A DNA stretch of 30,630 nt from Lama guanicoe (lineage: Eukaryota): the NCBI GenBank assembly GCA_013239625.1, contig MU053661.1:124001-154630 (forward strand), written 5' to 3'. The notes under the pieces are model-generated. The model was given only the letters and a program-made list of their open reading frames with translations, was not told where the DNA came from and made no database searches. Positions 1-10,953 of the stretch are shown here, in pieces (the stretch's first letter is position 1; the number at the start of each line of letters is the position of its first letter). Position numbers and translations under genes: made by a program.

Positions 1-180
1 GTGCAAAGTCAATGTCACTGGGCTAAAGCCAACGTGTGGCCAAGGCTACGTTCCACACCGAGGCTCTAGGGTGGGATTCGTCTTCCTACCTTTCCCCTCT
101 TGCAGAGGTGCTCACACTCCTTGGCACAGGGCCCTGTGTCACTGTGACCTCTGCTGCCACTTTACATCTCTGTCTCTGAC
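1..180 (-). mobile_element. MLT1-type (ERVL-MaLR) LTR fragment
   Basis: Motifs such as 'ctgggctaaagccaacgtgtggccaaggc...gaggctctagggtgggattcgtcttcc...ctccttggc' resemble the reverse strand of MLT1 LTRs (recalled consensus). Truncated by the window edge. Confidence 0.65.
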
Positions 181-439
181 TATATAGATATAGAGGAAGA
201 GTCTTCTACATCTGGTATGGACCCTTTTTCCTAAATGGACATTGTATCCCTATTTATGTGCAGATGAAAACCCCTTCCCTCCAGGGTGCGGTGGCATCAG
301 CTCACAAGATGACCACTCTGGGCTTTAAGTGTCCTCTTTGTATTGTCATCAGGGAACTTCTCTCTCCATAGTTAGCTCTGTGTTACTTTGTTGTTATATT
401 TTACCCAGAATTACTGAAAGTTTTACTTAAAAGGGATCC

Positions 440-830
440 TAATTAGCTCTGTTTACCTGTTTCCAGAGCTGAAAGCTTCAGTTCTAGAGTATCAGTTTGA
501 TTTTTCCTAAAAATACATTCCAGTATATTTCTCTGGTGAAAGTCTCTACCCTGTTATCTATTCTCCCATCATTTCCTTATTTTCTTGAATATATTAAAAG
601 TGTTTTATAGCCTTTATTGGTAACTCTAATGCCTAAATTACCTGGGGGTTTGCATCCTTTGTCTAATGCTTTTATTCTCATATTGTCTGTCATATAGTCT
701 GGACATGTTGCATGTCTAGAAATTCTTTATTACATGGCAGACATTGCAAATGAAAAATCCATATGTTATCTTCTGTGAGAGGTTTTCCACCTTCCCGTTA
801 GGGAGACAGTGTGAGGGACTGATCATGTCA
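440..830 (-). mobile_element. Highly diverged ancient L1 (L1M-type) fragment
   Basis: T-rich sequence with motifs ('tgcatgtctagaaattctttattacatggcagacattg', 'atgttatcttct') typical of antisense old L1. Subfamily not determinable. Confidence 0.4.
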
Positions 831-869
831 CTCCAATCAGGCGCTGAGGTGGATCAGGATTAAAGTGCC

Positions 870-2445
870 TTTTTTCTTAAAACAGCTTTGAGGTATACTT
901 GGCAAAATAATTTTCACACGTTTAAATCGTACAGCTTAATATGTTTTGATGTAAGTATATCCCCAAGAAACCATAACCACACTTAAGAAAGTGAACATAC
1001 CCATCACCCACAAAGCTTCTCTCCTGCATTTTGTTGTCCCTCCCTCCCTCCCCATCTATTCCCCTGGAAACAATTGATCTGCTTTCCATCAGAACATATT
1101 GGTTTGCATTTTCAAGATCCTTCTATGAATGGATCCATGCAGTATCTAATCTTTGTTGTCTGACTACTTTCATTCAGTGTAATTATTTTGAGAGTCATCT
1201 GTGTTGCTGTATTAATAGCTTATTTATCTTATAGCAGAGTATTGTTTAGTGCTGAGTTATTGCTGAATAGTTTATTGTAAGCAGTGTTTGGATAGACCAT
1301 CATTTCTTTCTGCATTTACTTCTTGATGGATGCATGGGTTATTTACAACTTGAGCTATTATAAAAAAAAAATTGCAGTGAATATTTGGTTACAAGTCTTT
1401 GTATGGACATATGCTTTTCTTTTCTAAAGCACCAGATGAGGAATGTCTGGGTTATATGTTACATAGGTGTTTACCTTTTTTAAAGAAACTGTTAAAGACT
1501 TTTCCAAAAAGGGTTGTACTATTGTAAATTCCTCGTGGCGTGTATCAGTTCTGGTTGCTCTACTTTCTTGCCAGCACCTTGTAAGGTCAGTCTTTCTAAT
1601 CATATTCATTCTAGTATGTATGTGAACTAGTATCTCACTGTGGTTTTTAAAAGTATTTCTCTAATGACATCTTTAATCAGCATCTTTTCATATGCTTATT
1701 ATCCATCTAAATATCTTTACTGAAGTGTGTTTTCTGGCCTCATTCATTCATTCAGGTGTTTGCATTATTATTGAATTTTGAGATCTCTTTTTTCTGGATC
1801 AGATACAAAGAGAGACCTTTATCAGATATATGATCTGCAAATAGCTTCTGTCTACGGTTTGTCTTTTCACTTGCTTAGCAGTGTTTAGAAGAGCTTTGAA
1901 GAGTCTTCATGTTGATAAAGTTCACTCTATCAGTTTCTTTTTAAAATAGATGATAATTTTGGTGTCATATCAAAGAAATATTTGCCAAACCCAAGGACAT
2001 AAAGCTTAAGCCTATGCTTTTTCTCCTAGCTGTTTTATAGTTTTAGATTTCCTATTAAGATCGATGATCCATTTTGAGGTAAATTCTGTATATTTTGTGA
2101 GGTGTGGATCAAAGTTCATTTTTTATTTTTTTGCGTATCACTATCTAATTGTTCCAGCACTACATGTTGAAAAGATCCTTTCTCCACTGCATCCTTTTTG
2201 AGAATCAATTGTCTATATAAGTGTTGGTTTATTTCTGAACATTTTATTGTGTTCCATTATTCTATTTTCCTGTTTTACACCAACACCATACATTCTGATT
2301 ACTGTAGCTTTATAAAAAAAAAAAGTCTGAAAATCAGATAGTGCAAGTCTTCCAACTTTGTTTTTCTTGTTCAAAATTGTTTTGGATATTTGGGATACTT
2401 TGAATTTTTATATGAATTTTAGAATCAGTTTTTAAATTCCTTGCA
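870..2445 (-). mobile_element. L1MB/L1MC-type LINE-1, 3' end plus ORF2 remnant
   Basis: Begins with an antisense L1 3' terminus ('aaacagctttgaggtatact...catcacccacaaagcttc') and continues with typical antisense ORF2 motifs ('ctaattgttccagcactacatgttgaaaaga', 'gattactgtagctttata', 'atgaattttagaatcagttt'). Confidence 0.85.
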
Positions 2446-2484
2446 TCCTGTTCTGCCAAAATTCCACCTAAGTCTTTGGCCATC

Positions 2485-2680
2485 TCCAAAGCCACATTTT
2501 CTGAAGAAGTCTTTCTAGATCCCAGGTGAAAGGAATTTCTCTTTCCTCTGTCCTCCAATCAAATTTGATAATATTTGATTACATTTATTCATGTTTGGCT
2601 GTATGTACTTGTCTGATCTTTCCAGCCAGATAGTAAATCACAAAAGATAAGGAATCTTGACTTGGTTCCCTTTGTCTGCT
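2485..2680 (+). mobile_element. L2 3' fragment
   Basis: 'ccacattttctgaagaagtctttctagat' and 'ttgtctgatctttccagccagatagtaaatcac' resemble the L2 3' region; very diverged. Confidence 0.4.
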
Positions 2681-3823
2681 GAGAAACTAGTTCTTTGCTC
2701 TGCAGGAGTGAGCCCTGCAGTAAGAGGTATCTGCAGCACACATCTAGCTCATTGCTTGCATATTGTCAAGGAATCCTGCAGATTTAGAATTGTTTATTGA
2801 TTGTTGTCTCCAAGAAGGCTCAGTCTTTTTTATTTCTATTGCTACTGCTGCAGTTTCAAAGAACAATGGGCTAATTATTTTCCAAATATCAAATCATACT
2901 CTAACTGTGTTGTCACGCAAATTATGTCCTGCTGTGTCTTAACGACATGCTTAGTTTTCACAGGCTCCTTCACTCATGGAACTCTTGGGAGACTGTCATA
3001 TCCTTAGAGATAGCAATGCTGACTTTGGCGACCTGAGCAGCAGTATCTGAACTCACTCCTGCTGTTTTTCCAGTGTCCCCTCTAGCCCTCCTCCAGCCCT
3101 CCATGGGGGGCCCTGCAGTTCTGCCCTAGAAAAGCCTGTTGCTTCTCAGGAAGTCTTCCCTATGAAACATAATCATGTCCTTCTTGTGGAGACATTCAGT
3201 CCAGAGACCTGACAGCAGGGGAAAATGTTTAGCCTGCTTTTGGTAGAATTTTAATTCTTCCGTACTTGTTAGAAGCAAATCCAATGAGGAAACTGTTTTG
3301 GCATCTAACAAATCAGCATAAATGTCTGATGAGGAAGATCAGCTTCCCCATCCCACTCAGTCGTCATGTTGATGTGACACACACCTTGGCTAACATTTTC
3401 TCCTGTGAGCAACGTAAAGTCCAGGAAGTGATGAATGGCTTTTTGTTTTTCTTCCTTAGTCTTTCCATATTCACTGTGTCTCGTGAGATTATATGAATCC
3501 TGCTTATTTTCAGCACAACACTAAGCTTTTTAAAAGGATCACGAGTTTAAAAGGCTAGTGGACATTTTTTTAGAAGACAGAAATCCTTAGATTTTGGTCC
3601 TAGAGTTGAATCTTGGTTACTGGTGAATAAAAATTCCCGTCAAAATTTTAAAATCAGTGATATCAAGTTTTAAAAATAGTTAAATATTAGACAACTTCAT
3701 TAAACACTATAGCAGTTATTTACCTTTAAACCTGTTTCTGGGGCAATTTTGCAATGATTCCCTCCCTTTATCGATTCCCTCTTTATCAGAATCCTTGAGA
3801 GGCCGCTGTCATTCATTGTCAGT

Positions 3824-3864
<41 letters not shown>
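3824..3864. repeat. (ATC)13 microsatellite
   Basis: Perfect trinucleotide run read directly from the sequence. Confidence 0.97.
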
Positions 3865-4136
3865 GGAACTGATTCCTCTGGAAGATTCTAGGAAAATAAA
3901 GAGATGGACGGGGTTATGTGTAGGTCACTGTGTGCGTATAAAATAAGAACAGCTGTCAGACATTAGATGCAAGATACCCATTTCATTTAGAGAAGAATGT
4001 GGTCATGAAATCCTGATGTGGGGAATGAAGGAAGCAGTGGGAACAGGATAGTCAAAGGAAAGGAGGAGGAAGTGAGTGAAACGGAGAGCATAAATCCTTG
4101 GTTAGGTGATCAGCACACTGCTGAGAATGAGGGGAG

Positions 4137-4898
4137 TGTGATGGCAGAATCATGTCCCTCCCTGGCCACAGGGTAGCCACCTGGGACATGTTACTGTACA
4201 TGGCAAAAGGGATGACAGATATTTTTAGGACAAAATTCTTAGAGGATTTCTGTCTCCTAAACTGTCTCTTAGCCTTTTAAATCCATAGTACATTATTAAA
4301 GATTAGGGCAGGCACATAAATAAAAAGGATTCATATAATCTCACCAGACATACTGATTGTAGAAAGGATAAGGAAGAAAAACAAAAAGTCACTTATAAGT
4401 GCCTTGAACCATAAATTGCTCATGAGAGGAAATGTCACACATGGTGAGTGTCACAGCCACATACATAATGCCTGAGTGGGATGGGACAAGGTGATCCTGA
4501 GATGAGACAATAGGGTGAGTAGCCTGGATTGTCCAGGTGGGCCGAATGTAATCACAGGGGTCCTTAAAATGGAGGATATTTCCCAGCTGAGTTATAATTA
4601 GAGGGTGGTGTAGCCATGGAGCAATGTTCAGAAAGGCTGCTGGCCATGGAAATGGAGGAAGTTGAGGGGCACAAGCTAAGGAAGGTGGGTGACCTCTGTA
4701 AACTGGAAAAAAACCAACAAGGAAACATTCTCTTCTAGACCCTCTAGAAGGAATGAACCCTGCTGGTACCTTGAATTTATCCCAATGAGAACTGTGTTGG
4801 ATCTCTGACCTACACAGCCATAAGCTGATAATTCTGTGCTAGTTTAAGATATTAAGCTTATGGAAATTTGTTACAGTGGTAATAGGAAAATAACATAG
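4137..4898 (+). mobile_element. MLT1D-like solo LTR interrupted by a ~270 bp insert (about 4221-4487)
   Basis: 5' 'tgtgatggcagaatcatg...acatggcaaaaggga'; resumes with 'cctggattgtccaggtgggccgaatgtaatcacaggggtcctta'; 3' 'ggaaatttgttacagtggtaataggaaaataacata'. Confidence 0.8.
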
Positions 4899-4909
4899 TG
4901 AGCAGTAGT

Positions 4910-5200
4910 GTAAGGGATTAAAGGTCTAGGATGTGGTGTGGAGAGAATTCTGACATTTACACCTAAAAAACAACGAGGTGAAGTGGGAAGGTGTTTTAAG
5001 GAAGACCTACCTGGCAGGGCTGTGAAGCAGACTGGAGTGAGTTGAGCATTGGGGTTAGAGGGATCAATTAAATCTCTAGCAGAAAAATAAGGAATAAAAT
5101 GTAACAGGGCTTCAGTGTTAGTGGATGTAGGGATGGAAATGGGCAGAGAGATATAAACATTATTTCGAAATTAGCTACAGGTTTGATGACTGCATGTTGG
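4910..5200 (-). mobile_element. L2 fragment
   Basis: Purine-rich, with L2-antisense-like motifs ('cctggcagggctgtgaagcagactggag', 'gtagggatggaaatggg', 'tacaggtttgatgactg'). Confidence 0.45.
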
Positions 5201-5214
5201 GCAGGGTTAGCAAA

Positions 5215-5571
5215 TGTGTGGACTGAATGTTTGCATCACCTCAAAATCCATATGTCAAAACCGCATATCCCAGGGTGATGGTATTGGGAGGCGGGGCCTT
5301 TGGGACGTGATTAGTAGGATAAAATGAGGTCAAGAGTGTGGATCCCTCATGAATGGGATTAGTGTTCTTATACAGGGCCACAGAGTGACTGCTTCTCTCT
5401 GCTCTCTGGCCCATGAAGATAGTGGGAAGACAGCCTATCTTTGAGCTGGCAATCCTCTCCCAGATACATTGACCTTGAAAGCCGCAGCCTCCAAACGGTA
5501 AGGAATATGCTGGTTGTTTAAGCCACCCGACCCACGGTAATTTGTTACAGCATCCCAGACTAACGAAGACA
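5215..5571 (+). mobile_element. MLT1A-like solo LTR
   Basis: TG...CA ends; 'ggactgaatgtttg', 'gtgatggtattgggaggcggggcctttggg', 'ccctcatgaatgggattagtg', 'ttgtttaagccaccc', 'ttgttacagca...gactaacgaagaca'. Confidence 0.85.
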
Positions 5572-5644
5572 GTGGAGAATGCCACTGAGGTTGGCACTGA
5601 TTGCCTGGAGAACGCTGAAACCCAGGGAAGTGGGCAGCACAGAC

Positions 5645-5860
5645 ATTTACTCATTTAATACTGCCAACACAGTAGGGGATAAAGTCTACATATTCCTCGC
5701 TATTTGAAAGGTAAGGAAAAAGAGGCACAAATAATAACAATGAGAACGACAACAACAACAACAACAATAATTTGTCCAAGATTAACACAGAACCCCCTGG
5801 AGGGAGAGTGGGGATTTATACTCACGCAGGCTGGCCCCAGAGCCCCTGCTCATAACTACT
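5645..5860 (-). mobile_element. MIR SINE with an internal (AAC)n run
   Basis: 'ctcatttaatactgccaacac', 'aaggtaaggaaaaagaggcaca', 'aatttgtccaagattaacacag', 'ggggatttatactcacgcaggctggccccagagccc'; (AAC)n at about 5744-5767. Confidence 0.6.
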
Positions 5861-6577
5861 AAGTCACATCACCTTGCTTATGTGGATCAATTTTTTTCAA
5901 CTGTGATATGAGGGTACTGTGTCTGGTAACATATAATTTCAAAATACCTCACTGTATGGGAATCATTAGTCGCAGGCATTACATACCACAGAAAGCTAGA
6001 CATACACAAATAACTTGTTAGGGCAAGATAACCAATAATGTTTTTAAATATTATACCTGCTGACCCTTTGCAACAAAATGTTTATTTATAATTCTGCCTG
6101 GCTACAGAATATCATAATCCTGCATGTGGCTGGTGGCTCCCATGTTGGACAGCGCGGGCCTAGAGAATTTAAATGACTTGCCCAGCCTCGCCCAGGAAGC
6201 TCATGGTGGGATCAGAGCTATAGGCTGGGACTTTTCCTTCCTATCCAACAAGTCCCTCATGGAAGTTTAGAAGCTTCTTCTTTGGTGTCCAGCTGTCTAT
6301 CCGTACTTATGACATCTTGTCAGGTGTCCCAGCCTGCTCCTGAACATCAGCCAGAACCCACTTCTGCTTTTTTTGGCCAGGTAATACCTTCTAGCAACTT
6401 CCATTGCCTTCTTGGCATCAGTTCTTACCTGGAAGGGTACTGGCTAGAGATGGAAATGTGTCCACATGACAGGTTTTTCATAAACATACTAGGAGTGGTC
6501 AAGAGAAGAAAACGTCAGGAAGACAAGTGGAAGCAGGTCACTTAATATACCAAATGGGTACTTTCAATGTCTGTTTG

Positions 6578-7098
6578 TGTTTCCGAGTCCAGGCTTGTTC
6601 TGCTCATGCATTACAGGCCAACACATCAGGAGACCAGGTTTTGGGGCAAGAAATAGCGACTTTAATTTGGAAAGCCAGCTGAGAAGATGGTAGACCAATG
6701 TCCTGGAGAAACATCACCCCAAGTCAGAATTCAGGCTCTTCTTATATTAAAAAGGGGAAGCGGGAATGCTTGGTTGTTGCAAACTTGGTGTATGAATTCC
6801 TTGTTGTTAGAATCCTTTGTTCTTGCAGCTCTTCACCTGGGTCAGATCCGTGTAAACCTCCAACAAACAAATGTTATTTTCTATTCTGTATCTTGTTATC
6901 TTTATACGAATGGAAAAGTGTTAATATCCTTCAAAGTCAGAGCCTTGAGAATAGTGTCTCCTGTATATTTCAGGCTCTTGGCAGCATTGTTTCACAAAAG
7001 GTACAGAAACAACAAGCCTAAGCCTAGGATACAGGGCACAGGGTTAAAGTCAAAGGAACAGATCTAATATGGAGTCAGATTTTTTCTTTCCAATTTCA
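6578..7098 (-). mobile_element. ERV1-class (MER41-like) solo LTR, copy 1
   Basis: The minus strand reads TGAAATTGGAAAG...AAATCTGACTCCATATTAG...ATTAAA...GGACTCGGAAACA (TG..CA ends). Directly alignable in inverted orientation with 7749-8232. Family name recalled from artiodactyl MER41-like LTR termini. Confidence 0.8.
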
Positions 7099-7499
7099 GT
7101 AGTGCCATGGAGAAGGCACTTTGGGCAGCTTTCTGCAGGATCCTGGAGGCTTTCTCTCTCAGCCTCTGTGTGCCTCTATTGAAAACCAGTCATCGCTATC
7201 TGGCCTGCTGGAAAACCACTTTGCCTGTTTTGCCCTGAAGATGTGTTCTGTTTATAACTCATCTCTACTCCTTGGAAAACAACTCAATAAAAACTCAGTT
7301 GGTTTTCCAACAGCCCTGGGCAGGGGTGAGGGATAGCATGTTATTATTTTATTAAAAAAAAATAAAAGAAGTCTTAAAACAGCACTGGGCACATAGGAGA
7401 GAGAAAATCAATGCTTCCAGGCTTAAATCAAAAGTGATGACTCAGTGATTCCATGGCTGCTGTATTTGCTGAGCTAGTTACTCCTTTGCTCCATTACAC

Positions 7500-7670
7500 T
7501 TTTATTTTAACTGAAAAAGAAATATATGCATATGGTTAAAAAATTCAAACAGAGCACAAAATACACAAGTGAAAAAGTTTTCCCTCATCCTCTGTTCTTA
7601 CATGCTTCCCTGGAGGTGCCACTATTTACAAACCTTTGTGTGCTTTACAGATATGCTATGCACATCCCCA
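7500..7670 (-). mobile_element. Old L1 (L1ME-like) 3'-end fragment
   Basis: 'aatatatgcatatggttaaaaaattcaaaca...gtgaaaaagtttccc...ccctggaggtgccactatt...tgtgtgctttacagatat' matches the pattern of antisense L1ME 3' ends. Confidence 0.5.
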
Positions 7671-7748
7671 GCAATGTATGTAAATTCCTTTAAAGTTTTA
7701 CTTATTTTTAGCTTAAAGGGATTTAAATCCTCAAGTGGCTTCTGCCCC

Positions 7749-8232
7749 GGTAATGGAAAAGAACAAATCTGACTCCATATTAGATCTGTTCCTTTGACTT
7801 TAACCCTGTGCTCTGTCTCCAAGGCTTCATTTTGCTTGTAAAACAATGTCGCTTAGAGCTTAAAATATACAGGAGAACCTATTCTGAAGGTTCTGACCTT
7901 TAAGGGTATTTAACACTTTTCCATTCATATAAAGATAACAAATTGCAGAATAGAAAATAACTTTTGTTTTGTTGGAGGTTTACAGGTATCTGACCCAGGC
8001 AGATAGATGCAAGAACAAAGGATTCTAAAAACAAAGAATTCCTACACAAAGAAGTTTGCAACAACCAAGCACGTAGGAAAGGAGCCTCAATTCTGACTTG
8101 GGGAGATGGGGTTCCAGGACATTAATTTGCCATCTAGGTCTACAGAAACTTGCTATTCCATGCCCCAACACCTGGTCTCCCAACTTACTGGCCAGTCCTG
8201 CACTGAGGAGAATGAATTTGGACTCAGTAACA
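7749..8232 (+). mobile_element. ERV1-class (MER41-like) solo LTR, copy 2
   Basis: GGTAATGGAAAAGAACAAATCTGACTCCATATTAG...GGACTCAGTAACA; inverted homolog of 6578-7098 with internal deletions. Confidence 0.8.
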
Positions 8233-8734
8233 CTTCTACCTACCTAACAAGCTGGGCACTGGAACTGAGGGAAGCTCTCCCACACACAGGGGCCTACTGT
8301 GAGCCCTTGATTATTCCCCGAGGGTGGGGTGTGGATTACCCAGGGGGGATGTGGACTATGCACCAACACTCAGGCAGTCTGCTCCTTCTGGGGCTCAGAC
8401 ATTTTATCTCCGGCTCCCCGCCAGCCCAACATTTGGGACAGTGGAGCTAAGGCAGAGATCGTGCCTGCCTGTTTCCCAGCATGTAAAAGGGGAATATGTA
8501 CTCTTCCGAAGGTAGTTCTGTGCGACAACACCTGCGGGTGCTTGGTTCCCGGAGCAACAGGAAAGCCAGGTCCGCGTGGGGGCAAATGGTGTGATACCCG
8601 TAGGGGTTCTGCAGAGACCTTAGCTGGAGGGCTGTGCCAGGGACGTAAAATATGAGCTGTGGGCATTGAAGGGTTAGAGAAGGGTGCAGAGGCAGGACTG
8701 CAGCCTCCTTCGGGTTGCACCCAGAGGTAAAACG

Positions 8735-8880
8735 CTTTCTCCCCATCTCTGCTACTCCCCTCCCAACTCCAGATACCTGCCTTCTCTCTGCTCCTCCTGT
8801 CCATCTGTCTCCTTCCACTTTTCCCCTCCTCTCTTCCTCCTCCCATGTTCTCCCTCCCTCGGTTCCCCACCTTCTCTCTC
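8735..8880. repeat. Polypyrimidine/polypurine low-complexity tract upstream of the CpG island
   Basis: About 145 bp dominated by C/T on the + strand. Confidence 0.8.
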
Positions 8881-8899
8881 AGGACCCAGAGAGGATTGC

Positions 8900-9560
8900 T
8901 GGCCCTTCTGCACATGCGCAGTTGCTGCCAGCTGGACCGCGGGTTGGAAGTTCCATCTCCGAGCCGGGGATCGGCTCCAAAGGCTTCTCAGCTCTGTCGC
9001 CCGGTAGGCCTTTGGCTCCTGCCCCGGGCCGGGGCCTCTGGCTGTGGAAGTGCAAGGTGGGGGGATCTCGAGAAAGGGTTCAGGCGGCTGCGGGAGGGCG
9101 GTCCGCCTGTCACAGCCCCCCAGGGAGCCAGACAGAGTGTGTTCAGCTGAGTTGCTCGGGCCAGGCCCCTCTGCCCGCGCCACCTGCCCCGGCACCCCGG
9201 CCACAGCTGTCCAGGACCAGGTGTGACCCTGCCGCCTCTCACCCAGCCGGGCTGCCCTCAGTTCGCTGCTGGCGTCCCCTCCCCCTCTCCCGCCCGCGAG
9301 TCCTCTCCTCCCGGGCTTCCTCTCCTCGGCCGCCGGCCCGTCCCCGCCCCTGGGCGGGCTGTGTCCCGGGCAGGCGGGGTCTGCGGACCCGGACGGGGCG
9401 GGCGGCTGGGCTGGTGCTGGGCTCCGAGAGGGGCTGCAGCCCGCATCCCCCACCCCGCTCTCCCTGCCCCGCGACCCCCGGGGCTGCCTTCCTCCTCCTT
9501 TCCCGATCCCTGAGGTCCAGATCAGCGGCGTGGGCGCTGCTCTCCAGGCTGAAAGCCACC
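8900..9560 (+). promoter_or_regulatory. CpG-island promoter with NRF1-like, ETS-like and GC-box motifs
   Basis: GC- and CpG-rich block in an otherwise CpG-depleted region. TGCACATGCGCA at 8909-8920 (NRF1 consensus TGCGCATGCGCA, 1 mismatch), TGGAAGT at 8945-8951, CCCCGCCCC at 9342-9350, GGGGCGGG at 9395-9402. Direction inferred from candidate donors and the downstream exons. Confidence 0.8.
8915..9003 (+). other. Candidate non-coding first exon
   Basis: Follows the NRF1-like site and ends at CCG|GTAGGC (donor at 9004). Alternative donors: AAG|GTGGGG (9057) and CAG|GTGTGA (9221). No transcript evidence available. Confidence 0.35.
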
Positions 9561-10044
9561 GGCTGTAAAGCCCAGCTTCTGGTGGAGTCGGGAAAAGGGA
9601 GCGCCAGTGCTGAGGGAGCTTCTGTCTCCTCGCTCAGTATTTCTGCCACAGATAAGTACCTTGAACACTTTCTGGTGTTATGATGGTGGTGCTTGTTGAT
9701 GTCACGTGTTTTTTTAGTGAGAGGGATTACAGTAGTGAAAGCAAGGCTTGGTTCAGTTAAAAATGAGCTGAACGCATGAGGCTGTGATATCCTCCATCCT
9801 TCCCTCTCCCAGGGTGAAACGTGAGACCCTCTATCTTAAAAAGATAGTTACAGTCCCTAACTAGCCCAGCCCAGCTAGTGTGTGTTAACAGGAACAGAAC
9901 CACCAGAGGCGTTGGAGACCCAGGGACATTGCAGTCCTAAACAGCTCCTGGCAAAATCTGGTTTGTTTTGTTTTTTTGTTTGTTTGTTTTTCTTAAATTG
10001 TGGGACAGACTAGTAGTATAGAGGGAAAAATAATTGTCAAGAAA

Positions 10045-10190
10045 TATTTTTTCGTATAACAGCTTTATTGTGATATTGTTCACACACCATGAAGTCCACC
10101 CACTTGAATGTTACAATTCAGCAGCTTTTAGCATATTCACATTTGTGCAACCATTATTATTCCAGAACGTTTTCATCACATCAGAAAGAC
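10045..10190 (-). mobile_element. L1MB-type 3'-terminal fragment
   Basis: 'aacagctttattgtgatattgttcacacaccatgaagtccacccac...tacaattcagcagcttttagcatattcaca...ttccagaacgttttcatcac'. Confidence 0.75.
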
Positions 10191-10264
10191 CAGTGGAAAT
10201 GAATGACCAATCCACCCCTTTCCAGTGGTGTTTCTAAAGAATTTTCTCGCTGTTCCTGACCATA

Positions 10265-10390
10265 AATTAATTTGTTAGATTCCATGAAATATCTGGGAGG
10301 AATTCTAATCAGAATTGCAATGAATCTGCCTATCAAAGCAGGAAGAATTAATGTCTTTATGGCATAAACTTCTTCTACACATGAATATAT
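10265..10390 (-). mobile_element. L1 ORF2 remnant
   Basis: Minus-strand peptide IYSCVEEVYAIKTLILPALIGRFIAILIRIPPRYFMESNKLI resembles the L1 ORF2 motif [36 protein letters not shown].I. Confidence 0.75.
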
Positions 10391-10689
10391 CTGGGACCTC
10401 ATCATTTCATCTGTCCAGAGCCAGGTCTATGGGAAATCCTCATTGTGTTGCGTTTGTGAATGATGTGATTCAAAACAACATTAGATGCAACTGTAGTTTT
10501 CACAGAAGAGAAAAGTAACCTCATAGAAGCCAAGTGACTCTCTGTTGGTTAGAATGAGTGACAGCCCCGGCTGGAGTGATCGAGTGGACTTGGTGCTTGC
10601 AACCAGAGTTCTCCACCACCTACAGCTAAGGGGATTCCTGTGTTCTTTTACTTTTTTTATGGCGTTGTTTATATTTTTACTTATTATTT

Positions 10690-10953
10690 AAAATTATTTT
10701 TTATTGAAGTGTGGTCAATTTACCATGTTAGCTTCAGATGTACAGCAGAGATGCAGTTATAAGCATATGCATATGTATATACATGTTTTTAAGATTGTTT
10801 TTAGCACAACTCATTACAAGAAATTGAATATAGTACCCTGTGTTATATAGTAGGTCCTTGTCATTTATTTTATATTTATTAACGTGTATCTGTTAATCCT
10901 CCCTTTCCTGCCTGCTAACCACAGTTAGCTTTCTATGTCCATGAGTCTATTTC
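10690..10953 (-). mobile_element. Artiodactyl-type L1 3' end (5'-truncated)
   Basis: 'ttttttattgaagtgtggtcaatttaccatgtt...cattacaagaaattgaatatagtaccctgtgttatatagtaggtccttgt...ttctatgtccatgagtctatttct'. Confidence 0.8.

Noticed and set aside
6687..7067. 126-aa and 107-aa ORFs
   Set aside because: Lie within a solo LTR and show no gag/pol/env similarity.
6578..8232. A single provirus bounded by two LTRs
   Set aside because: The LTRs are inverted rather than direct, and the spacer has no retroviral internal sequence.
8370..9683. Long overlapping ORFs (322, 233, 181 aa and others) across the CpG island
   Set aside because: Pro/Arg/Gly/Ala-rich, present in several frames on both strands, with no recognisable domain. 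Expected from stop-codon scarcity in GC-rich DNA.
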